A stretch of DNA of 64,000 nt from Euprymna scolopes (lineage: Eukaryota): the NCBI GenBank assembly GCA_053919585.1, contig CM132828.1, one strand, 5' to 3'. Numbering within the stretch: position 1 is the stretch's first letter; each line of letters starts with the position of its first letter. The position numbers were made by a program, and so were the translations under genes. The notes beneath the pieces are model-generated. The model did not search any database, was not told the origin of the DNA, and saw nothing but the letters and a program-made list of their open reading frames with translations. Shown here piece after piece: positions 1-11,800 of this stretch.

Positions 1-3000
1 TATTAGACAGCTTTTTTAGCCTACAGAGTTTTTAAACAGATCTAATTTATTCGACAGCTTTTTTGCCTACAGAGTTTTTAAACAGATCTAATTTATTCGA
101 CAGCTTTTTTTTTTGCCTACAGAATTTTTAAACATATCTAATTTATTCGACAGCTTTTTTTACCTACAGAGTTTTTAAACAGGTCTAATTTATTCGACAG
201 CTTTTTTTGCATACAGAGTTTTTAAACAGATCTAATTCATTCGACAGCTTTTTTTGCCTACAGAGTTTTTAAACAGATCTAATTCATTCGACAGCTTTTT
301 TTGCCTACAGAGTTTTTAAACAGATCTAATTTATTCGACAACTTTTTTTACCTACAGAGTTTTTAAACAGGTCTAATTTATTCGACAGCTTTTTTTGCAT
401 ACAGAGTTTTTAAACAGATCTAATTCATTCGACAGCTTTTTTTGCCTACAGAGTTTTTAAACAGATCTAATTCATTCGACAGCTTTTTTTGCCTACAGAA
501 TTTTTAAACAGATCTAATTTATTCGACAACTTTTTTGCCTACAGATTTTTTAAACAGATCTAATTTATTCGACAGCTTTTTTTTGCCTACAGAGTTTTTA
601 AACAGATCTAATTTATTCGACGGCTTTTTTTGCCTACAGAGTTTTTAAACAGATCTAATTTATTCGACAGCTTTTTTTGCCTACAGAGTTTTAAAACAGA
701 TCTAATTTATTCGATAGCTTTTTTTGCCTACAGAGTGTTTAAACAGATCTAATTTATTCGACAGCTTCTTTTTTGCCTACAGAGTTTTTAAACAGATCTA
801 ATTTATTCGACAGCTTTTTTTTGCCTACAGACTTTTTAAACAGATCTAATTTATTCGACAGCTTTTTTTTGCCTACAGAATTTTTAAACAGATCTAATTT
901 ATTCGACAGCTTTTTTTGCATACAGAGTTTTTAAACAGATCTAATTTGTTCGACAGCTTTTTTTTGCCTACACATTTTTTAAACAGATCAAATTTATTCG
1001 ACAGCTTTTTTTGCCTACAGAGTTTTTAAACAGGTCTAATTTATTCGACAGCTTTTTTGCCTACAGAATTTTTAGACAGATCTTATTTATTCGACAGCTT
1101 TTTTTTGCCTACAGAATTTTTAAACAGATCTAATTTATTCGACAGCTTTTTTTGCCTACAGAGTTTTAAAACAGATCTAATTTATTCGACAGCTTTTTTT
1201 GCCTACAGACTTTTTAAACAGATCTAATTTATTCGACAGCTTTTTTTTGCCTACAGAGTTTTTAAACAGATCTAATTTATTCGACAGTTTTTTTTTTGCC
1301 TACAGAATTTTTAAACAGATCTAATTCATTCGACAGCTTTTTTTGCCTACAGAGTTTTTAAACAGATCTAATTTATTCGACAGCTTTTTTAGCCTACAGA
1401 GTTTTTAAACAGATCTAATTTATTCGACAGTTTGTTTTTTGCCTACAGATTTTTTAAACAGATCTAATTTATTCGACAGTTTTTTCTGCCTACAGAGTTT
1501 TTAAACAGATCTAATTTGTTCGACAGCTTTTTTTTTGCCTACAGAATTTTTAAACAGATCTAATTTATTCGACAGCCTTTTTTTGCCTACAGAGTTTTTA
1601 AACAGATCTAATTTGTTCGACAGCTTTTTTTTGCCTACACATTTTTTAAACAGATCTAATTTATTCGACAGCTTTTTTTGCCTACAGAGTTTTTAAACAG
1701 ATCTAATTTATTCGACAGCTTTTTTGCCTACAGAGTTTTTAAACAGATCTGATTTATTCGACAGCTTTTTTTGCATACAGAGTTTTTAAACAGATCTAAT
1801 TTATTCGACAGCTTTTTTGCCTACAGATTTTTAAAACAGATCTAATTTATTCGACAGCTTTTTTTGCCTACAGACTTTTTAAACAGATCTAATTTATTCG
1901 ACAGCTTTTTTTTGCCTACAGAGTTTTTAAACAGATCTAATTTATTTGACAGCTTTTTTAGCCTACAGAGTTTTTAAACAGATCTAATTTATTCGACAGC
2001 TTTTTTGCCTACAGAGTTTTTAAACAGATCTAATTTATTCGACAGCTTTTTTTTTGCCTACAGAATTTTTAAACATATCTAATTTATTCGACAGCTTTTT
2101 TTACCTACAGAGTTTTTAAACAGGTCTAATTTATTCGACAGCTTTTTTTGCATACAGAGTTTTTAAACAGATCTAATTCATTCGACAGCTTTTTTTGCCT
2201 ACAGAGTTTTTAAACAGATCTAATTCATTCGACAGCTTTTTTTGCCTACAGAGTTTTTAAACAGATCTAATTTATTCGACAACTTTTTTGCCTACAGATT
2301 TTTTAAACAGATCTAATTCATTCGACAGCTTTTTTTTGCCTACAGAGTTTTTAAACAGATCTAATTTATTCGACGGCTTTTTTTGCCTACAGAGTTTTTA
2401 AACAGATCTAATTTATTCGACAGCTTTTTTTGCCTACAGAGTTTTTAAACAGATCTAATTTATTCGACAGCTTTTTTTGCCTAAAGAGTTTTTAAACAGA
2501 TCTAATTTATTAAACAGCTTTTTTGCCTACAGAGTTTTAAACAGATCTAATTTATTCGACAGCTTTTTTTGCCTACAGAGTTTTTAAACAGATCTAATTT
2601 ATTCGACGGTTTTTTTGCCTACAGAGTTTTTAAACAGATCTAATTTATTCGACAGCTTTTTTTGCCTACAGAGTTTTAAAACAGATCTAATTTATTCGAC
2701 AGCTTTTTTTGCCTACAGAGTGTTTAAACAGATCTAATTTATTCGACAGCTTCTTTTTTGCCTACAGAGTTTTTAAACAGATCTAATTTATTCGACAGCT
2801 TTTTTTTGCCCACAGACTTTTTAAACAGATCTAATTTATTCGACAGCTTTTTTTTGCCTACAGAATTTTTAAACAGATCTAATTTATTCGACAGCTTTTT
2901 TTGCATACAGAGTTTTTAAACAGATCTAATTTGTTCGACAGCTTTTTTTTGCCTACACATTTTTTAAACAGATCAAATTTATTCGACAGCTTTTTTTGCC

Positions 3001-6000
3001 TACAGAGTTTTTAAACAGGTCTAATTTATTCGACAGCTTTTTTGCCTACAGAATTTTTAAACAGATCTAATTTATTCGACAGCTTTTTTTTGCCTACAGA
3101 ATTTTTAAACAGATCTAATTTATTCGACAGCTTTTTTTGCCTACAGAGTTTTAAAACAGATCTAATTTATTCGACAGCTTTTTTTGCCTACAGACTTTTT
3201 AAACAGATCTAATTTATTCGACAGCTTTTTTTTGCCTACAGAGTTTTTAAACAGATCTAATTTATTCGACAGTTTTTTTTTTGCCTACAGAATTTTTAAA
3301 CAGATCTAATTTATTCGACAGCTTTTTTTGCCTACAGAGTTTTTAAACAGATCTAATTTATTCGACAGCTTTTTTAGCCTACAGAGTTTTTAAACAGATC
3401 TAATTTATTCGACAGTTTGTTTTTTGCCTACAGATTTTTTAAACAGATCTAATTTATTCGACAGTTTTTTCTGCCTACAGAGTTTTTAAACAGATCTAAT
3501 TTGTTCGACAGCTTTTTTTTGCCTACAGAATTTTTAAACAGATCTAATTTATTCGACAGCCTTTTTTTGCCTACAGAGTTTTTAAACAGATCTAATTTGT
3601 TCGACAGCTTTTTTTTGCCTACACATTTTTAAAACAGATCTAATTTATTCGACAGCTTTTTTTGCCTACAGAGTTTTTAAACAGATCTAATTTATTCGAC
3701 AGCTTTTTTGCCTACAGAGTTTTTAAACAGATCTGATTTATTCGACAGCTTTTTTTGCATACAGAGTTTTTAAACAGATCTAATTTATTCGACAGCTTTT
3801 TTGCCTACAGATTTTTAAAACAGATCTAATTTATTCGACAGCTTTTTTGCCTACAGACTTTTTAAACAGATCTAATTTATTCGACAGCTTTTTTTTGCCT
3901 ACAGAGTTTTTAAACAGATCTAATTTATTTGACAGCTTTTTTAGCCTACAGAGTTTTTAAACAGATCTAATTTATTCGACAGCTTTTTTTTGCCTACAGA
4001 GTTTTTAAACAGATCTAATTTATTCGACAGCTTTTTTTTTGCCTACAGAATTTTTAAACATATCTAATTTATTCGACAGCTTTTTTTACCTACAGAGTTT
4101 TTAAACAGGTCTAATTTATTCGACAGCTTTTTTTGCATACAGAGTTTTTAAACAGATCTAATTCATTCGACAGCTTTTTTTGCCTACAGAGTTTTTAAAC
4201 AGATCTAATTCATTCGACAGCTTTTTTTGCCTACAGAGTTTTTAAACAGATCTAATTTATTCGACAACTTTTTTGCCTACAGATTTTTTAAACAGATCTA
4301 ATTTATTCGACAGCTTTTTTTTGCCTACAGAGTTTTTAAACAGATCTAATTTATTCGACGGCTTTTTTTGCCTACAGAGTTTTTAAACAGATCTAATTTA
4401 TTCGACAGCTTTTTTTGCCTACAGAGTTTTTAAACAGATCTAATTTATTCGACAGCTTTTTTTGCCTAAAGAGTTTTTTAACAGATCTAATTTATTCGAC
4501 AGCTTTTTTGCCTACAGAGTTTTAAAACAGATCTAATTTATTCGACAGCTTTTTTTGCCTACAGAGTTTTTAAACAGATCTAATTTATTCGACAGCTTCT
4601 TTTTTGCCTACAGAGTTTTTAAACAAATCTAATTTATTCGACAGCTTTTTTTTGCCTACAGACTTTTAAACAGATCTAATTTATTCGACAGCTTTTTTTT
4701 GCCTACAAAGTTTTTAAACAGATCTAATTTATTCGACAACTTTTTTTGCCTACAGAGTTTTTAAACAGATCTAATTTGTTCGACAGCTTTTTTTTGCCTA
4801 CACATTTTTTAAACAGATCTAATTTATACGACAGCTTTTTTTGCCTACAGAGTTTTTAAACAGGTCTAATTTATTCGACAGCTTTTTTGCCTACAGAATT
4901 TTTAAACAGATCTAATTTATTCGACAGCTTTTTTTTGCCTACAGAATTTTAAAACAGATCTAATTTATTCGACAGCTTTTTTTGCCTACAGACTTTTTAA
5001 ACAGATCTAATTTATTCGACAGCTTTTTTTTGCCTACAGAGTTTTTAAACAGATCTAATTTATTCGACAGTTTTTTTTTTGCCTACAGAATTTTTAAACA
5101 GATCTAATTTATTCGACAGCTTTTTTTGCCTACAGAGTTTTTAAACAGATCTAATTTATTCGACAGCTTTTTTAGCCTACAGAGTTTTTAAACAGATCTA
5201 ATTTATTCGACAGTTTGTTTTTTGCCTCCAGATTTTTTAAACAGATCTAATTTATTCGACAGTTTTTTCTGCCTACAGAGTTTTTAAACAGATCTAATTT
5301 GTTCGACAGCTTTTTTTTGCCTACAGAATTTTTAAACAGATCTAATTTATTCGACAGCTTTTTTTTGCCTACAGAGTTATAAAACAGATCTAATTTATTC
5401 GACAGCTTTTTTTGCCTACAGAGTTTTTAACAGATCTAATTTGTTCGACAGCTTTTTTTTGCCTACACATTTTTTAAACAGATCTAATTTATTCGACAGC
5501 TTTTTTTGCCTACAGAGTTTTTAAACAGATCTAATTTATTCGACAGCTTTTTTGCCTACAGAGTTTTTAAACAGATCTAATTTATTCGACAGCTTTTTTT
5601 GCATACAGAGTTTTTAAACAGATCTAATTTATTCGACAGCTTTTTTGCCTACAGATTTTTAAAACAGATCTAATTTATTCGACAGCTTTTTTGCCTACAG
5701 ACTTTTTAAACAGATCTAATTTATTCGACAGCTTTTTTTTGCCTACAGAGTTTTTAAACAGATCTAATTTATTCGACAGCTTTTTTAGCCTACAGAGTTT
5801 TTAAACAGATCTAATTTATTCGACAGCTTTTTTGCCTACAGAGTTTTTAAACAGATCTAATTTGTTCGACAGCTTTTTTTTGCCTACACATTTTTTAAAC
5901 AGATCTAATTTATTCGACAGCTTTTTTTGCCTGCAGAGTTTTTAAACAGGTCTTATTTATTCGACAGCTTTTTTGCCTACAGAATTTTTAAACAGATCTA

Positions 6001-8880
6001 ATTTATTCGACAGCTTTTTTTTGCCTACAGAGTTTTTAAACAGATCTAATTTATTCGACAGCTTTTTTTGTCCTACAGAGGTTTAAAACAGATCTAATTT
6101 ATTCGACAGCTTTTTTTGCCTACAGAGTTTTTAAACATATCTAATTTATTCGACAGCTTTTTTTTGCCTACAGAGTTTTAAACAGGTCTAATTTATTCGA
6201 CAGCTTTTTTTGCCTACAGAGTTTTTAAACAGATCTAATTTATTCGACAGCTTTTTTTGCCTACAGAGTTTTTAAACAGATCTAATTTATTCGACAGTTT
6301 TTTTTTGCCTACAGAATTTTTAAACAGATCTAATTTATTCGACAGCTTTTTTTGCATACAGAGTTTTTAAACAGATCTAATTTATTCGACAGCTTTTTTG
6401 CCTACAGACTTTTTAAACAGATCTAATTTATTCGACAGCTTTTTTTGCCTACAGAGTTTTTAAACAGATCTAATTTATTCGACAGCTTTTTTTGCCTACA
6501 GAGTTTTTAAACAGATCTAATTTATTCGACAGCTTTTTTTGCCTACAGAATTTTTAAACATATCTAATTTATTCGACAGCTTTTTTTACCTACAGAGTTT
6601 TTAAACAGGTCTAATTTATTCGACAGCTTTTTTTGCATACAGAGTTTTTAAACAGGTCTAATTTATTCGACAGCTTTTTTTGCCTACAGAGTTTTTAAAC
6701 AGATCTAATTTATTCGACAGTTTGTTTTGCCTACAGAATTTTTTAACAGATCTAATTCATTCGACAGCTTTTTTTGCCTACATAGTTTTTAAACAGATCT
6801 AATGTATTCGACAGCTTTTTTTGCCTACAGAGTTTTTAAACAGGTCTAATTTATTCGACAGCTTTTTTTGCCTACAGAGTTTTAAACAGGTCTAATTTAT
6901 TCGACAGCTTTTTTTGCCTACAGAGTTTTTAAACAGATCTAATTTATTCGACAGCTTTTTTTGCCTACAGAGTTTTTAAACAGATCTAATTTATTCGACA
7001 GTTTTTTTTTGCCTACAGAGTTTTTAAACAGATCTAATTTATTCGACAGCTTTTTTTGCATACAGAGCTTTTAAACAGATCTAATTAATTCGACAGCTTT
7101 TTTGCCTTCAGACTTTTTAAACAGATCTAATTTATTCGACAGCTTTTTTTTGCCTACAGAGTTTTTAAACAGATCTAATTTATTCGACAGCTTTTTTTGC
7201 CTACAGAGTTTTTAAACAGATCTAATTCATTCGACAGATTTTTTGCCTACAGAGTTTTTAAACAGATCTAATTCATTCGACAGCTTTTTTTGCCTACAGA
7301 GTTTTTAAACAGATCTAATTTATTCGACAACTTTTTTGCCTACAGAGTTTTTAAACAGATCTAATTTATTCGACAGCTTTTTTTTGCCTACAGAGTTTTT
7401 AAACAGATCTAATTTACTCGACGGGTTTTTTTGCCTACAGAGTTTTTAAACAGATCTAATTTATTCGACAGCTTTTTTTGCCTACAGAGTTTTTAAACAG
7501 ATCTAATTTATTCGACAGCTTTTTTTGCCTAAAGAGTTTTTAAACAGATCTAATTTATTCGACAGCTTTTTTGCCTACAGAGTTTTAAAACAGATCTAAT
7601 TTATTCGACAGCTTTTTTTGCCTACAGAGTTTTTAAACAGATCTAATTTATTCGACAGCTTCTTTTTTGCCTACAGAGTTTTTAAACAGATCTAATTTAT
7701 TCGACAGCTTTTTTTTGCCTATAGACTTTTTAAACAGATCTAATTTATTCGACAGTTTTTTTTGCCTACAGAGTTTTTAAACAGATCTAATTTATTCGAC
7801 AGCTTTTTTTGCCTACAGAGTTTTTAAACAGATCTAATTTGTTCGACAGCTTTTTTTTTGCCTACACATTTTTTAAACAGATCTTATTTATTCGACAGCT
7901 TTTTTTGCCTACAGAGTTTTTAAACAGGTCTAATTTATTCGACAGCTTTTTTGCCTACAGAATTTCTAAACAGATCTAATTTATTCGACAGCTTTTTTTT
8001 GCCTACAGAATTTTTAAACAGATCTAATTTATTCGACAGCTTTTTTTGCCTACAGAGTTTTAAAACAGATCTAATTTATTCGACAGCTTTTTTTGCCTAC
8101 AGACTTTTTAAACAGATCTAATTTATTCGACAGCTTTTTTTTTGCCTACAGAGTTTTTAAACAGATCTAATTTATTCGACAGTTTTTTTTTGCCTACAGA
8201 ATTTTTAAACAGATCTAATTTATTCGACAGCTTTTTTTGCCTACAGAGTTTTTAAACAGATCTAATTTATTCGACAGCTTTTTTAGCCTACAGAGTTTTT
8301 AAACAGATCTAATTTATTCGACAGTTTGTTTTTTGCCTACAGATTTTTTAAACAGATCTAATTTATTCGACAGTTTTTTCTGCCTACAGAGTTTTTAAAC
8401 AGATCTAATTTGTTCGACAGCTTTTTTTTGCCTACGGAATTTTTAAACAGATCTAATTTATTCGACAGCTTTTTTTTGCCTACAGAGTTTTTAAACAGAT
8501 CTAATTTATTCGACAGCTTTTTTTTGCCTACAGAGTTTTTAAACAGATCTAATTTATTCGACAGCTTTTTTTGCCTACACATTTTTTAAACAGATCTAAT
8601 TTATTCGACAGCTTTTTTTGCCTACAGAGTTTTTAAACAGATCTAATTTATTCGACAGCTTTTTTGCCTACAGAGTTTTTAAACAGATCTAATTTATTCG
8701 ACAGCTTTTTTTGCCTCCAGATTTTTTAAACAGATCTAATTTATTCGACAGCTTTTTTGCCTACAGATTTTTAAAACAGATCTAATTTATTCGACAGCTT
8801 TTTTGCCTACAGACTTTTTAAACAGATCTAATTTATTCGACAGCTTTTTTTGCCTACAGAGTTTTTAAACAGATCTAATT
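1..8880. repeat. Domain A macro-repeat copy 1 (8,880 bp)
   Basis: The sequence at 1 (TATTAGACAGCTTTTTTAGCC...) is repeated line-for-line from 8881. Positions 1-~6135 match 8881-~15015 with only about 3 differences noticed. Confidence 0.9.
3427..5223. repeat. Representative higher-order repeat unit (38 monomers, ~1.8 kb); neighbouring units have 42 monomers (~1985 bp)
   Basis: The marker ACAGTTTGTTTTTT recurs at ~1431, 3416, 5214, 8325, 10311, 12296 and 14093 (spacings 1985, 1798, 3111, 1986, 1985, 1797). I counted 38 monomers between 3416 and 5214. The order of variant monomers is conserved between units. Confidence 0.9.
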
Positions 8881-11800
8881 TATTAGACAGCTTTTTTAGC
8901 CTACAGAGTTTTTAAACAGATCTAATTTATTCGACAGCTTTTTTGCCTACAGAGTTTTTAAACAGATCTAATTTATTCGACAGCTTTTTTTTTTGCCTAC
9001 AGAATTTTTAAACATATCTAATTTATTCGACAGCTTTTTTTACCTACAGAGTTTTTAAACAGGTCTAATTTATTCGACAGCTTTTTTTGCATACAGAGTT
9101 TTTAAACAGATCTAATTCATTCGACAGCTTTTTTTGCCTACAGAGTTTTTAAACAGATCTAATTCATTCGACAGCTTTTTTTGCCTACAGAGTTTTTAAA
9201 CAGATCTAATTTATTCGACAACTTTTTTTACCTACAGAGTTTTTAAACAGGTCTAATTTATTCGACAGCTTTTTTTGCATACAGAGTTTTTAAACAGATC
9301 TAATTCATTCGACAGCTTTTTTTGCCTACAGAGTTTTTAAACAGATCTAATTCATTCGACAGCTTTTTTTGCCTACAGAATTTTTAAACAGATCTAATTT
9401 ATTCGACAACTTTTTTGCCTACAGATTTTTTAAACAGATCTAATTTATTCGACAGCTTTTTTTTGCCTACAGAGTTTTTAAACAGATCTAATTTATTCGA
9501 CGGCTTTTTTTGCCTACAGAGTTTTTAAACAGATCTAATTTATTCGACAGCTTTTTTTGCCTACAGAGTTTTAAAACAGATCTAATTTATTCGATAGCTT
9601 TTTTTGCCTACAGAGTGTTTAAACAGATCTAATTTATTCGACAGCTTCTTTTTTGCCTACAGAGTTTTTAAACAGATCTAATTTATTCGACAGCTTTTTT
9701 TTGCCTACAGACTTTTTAAACAGATCTAATTTATTCGACAGCTTTTTTTTGCCTACAGAATTTTTAAACAGATCTAATTTATTCGACAGCTTTTTTTGCA
9801 TACAGAGTTTTTAAACAGATCTAATTTGTTCGACAGCTTTTTTTTGCCTACACATTTTTTAAACAGATCAAATTTATTCGACAGCTTTTTTTGCCTACAG
9901 AGTTTTTAAACAGGTCTAATTTATTCGACAGCTTTTTTGCCTACAGAATTTTTAGACAGATCTTATTTATTCGACAGCTTTTTTTTGCCTACAGAATTTT
10001 TAAACAGATCTAATTTATTCGACAGCTTTTTTTGCCTACAGAGTTTTAAAACAGATCTAATTTATTCGACAGCTTTTTTTGCCTACAGACTTTTTAAACA
10101 GATCTAATTTATTCGACAGCTTTTTTTTGCCTACAGAGTTTTTAAACAGATCTAATTTATTCGACAGTTTTTTTTTTGCCTACAGAATTTTTAAACAGAT
10201 CTAATTCATTCGACAGCTTTTTTTGCCTACAGAGTTTTTAAACAGATCTAATTTATTCGACAGCTTTTTTAGCCTACAGAGTTTTTAAACAGATCTAATT
10301 TATTCGACAGTTTGTTTTTTGCCTACAGATTTTTTAAACAGATCTAATTTATTCGACAGTTTTTTCTGCCTACAGAGTTTTTAAACAGATCTAATTTGTT
10401 CGACAGCTTTTTTTTTGCCTACAGAATTTTTAAACAGATCTAATTTATTCGACAGCCTTTTTTTGCCTACAGAGTTTTTAAACAGATCTAATTTGTTCGA
10501 CAGCTTTTTTTTGCCTACACATTTTTTAAACAGATCTAATTTATTCGACAGCTTTTTTTGCCTACAGAGTTTTTAAACAGATCTAATTTATTCGACAGCT
10601 TTTTTGCCTACAGAGTTTTTAAACAGATCTGATTTATTCGACAGCTTTTTTTGCATACAGAGTTTTTAAACAGATCTAATTTATTCGACAGCTTTTTTGC
10701 CTACAGATTTTTAAAACACATCTAATTTATTCGACAGCTTTTTTTGCCTACAGACTTTTTAAACAGATCTAATTTATTCGACAGCTTTTTTTTGCCTACA
10801 GAGTTTTTAAACAGATCTAATTTATTTGACAGCTTTTTTAGCCTACAGAGTTTTTAAACAGATCTAATTTATTCGACAGCTTTTTTGCCTACAGAGTTTT
10901 TAAACAGATCTAATTTATTCGACAGCTTTTTTTTTGCCTACAGAATTTTTAAACATATCTAATTTATTCGACAGCTTTTTTTACCTACAGAGTTTTTAAA
11001 CAGGTCTAATTTATTCGACAGCTTTTTTTGCATACAGAGTTTTTAAACAGATCTAATTCATTCGACAGCTTTTTTTGCCTACAGAGTTTTTAAACAGATC
11101 TAATTCATTCGACAGCTTTTTTTGCCTACAGAGTTTTTAAACAGATCTAATTTATTCGACAACTTTTTTGCCTACAGATTTTTTAAACAGATCTAATTCA
11201 TTCGACAGCTTTTTTTTGCCTACAGAGTTTTTAAACAGATCTAATTTATTCGACGGCTTTTTTTGCCTACAGAGTTTTTAAACAGATCTAATTTATTCGA
11301 CAGCTTTTTTTGCCTACAGAGTTTTTAAACAGATCTAATTTATTCGACAGCTTTTTTTGCCTAAAGAGTTTTTAAACAGATCTAATTTATTAAACAGCTT
11401 TTTTGCCTACAGAGTTTTAAACAGATCTAATTTATTCGACAGCTTTTTTTGCCTACAGAGTTTTTAAACAGATCTAATTTATTCGACGGTTTTTTTGCCT
11501 ACAGAGTTTTTAAACAGATCTAATTTATTCGACAGCTTTTTTTGCCTACAGAGTTTTAAAACAGATCTAATTTATTCGACAGCTTTTTTTGCCTACAGAG
11601 TGTTTAAACAGATCTAATTTATTCGACAGCTTCTTTTTTGCCTACAGAGTTTTTAAACAGATCTAATTTATTCGACAGCTTTTTTTTGCCCACAGACTTT
11701 TTAAACAGATCTAATTTATTCGACAGCTTTTTTTTGCCTACAGAATTTTTAAACAGATCTAATTTATTCGACAGCTTTTTTTGCATACAGAGTTTTTAAA

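Noticed and set aside
2479-2484. GCCTAA/GCCTAC resemblance to the nematode telomeric hexamer (TTAGGC complement)
   Set aside because: It is a single hexamer per monomer, usually mismatched and never tandem. That is insufficient to call telomeric sequence or infer taxonomy.
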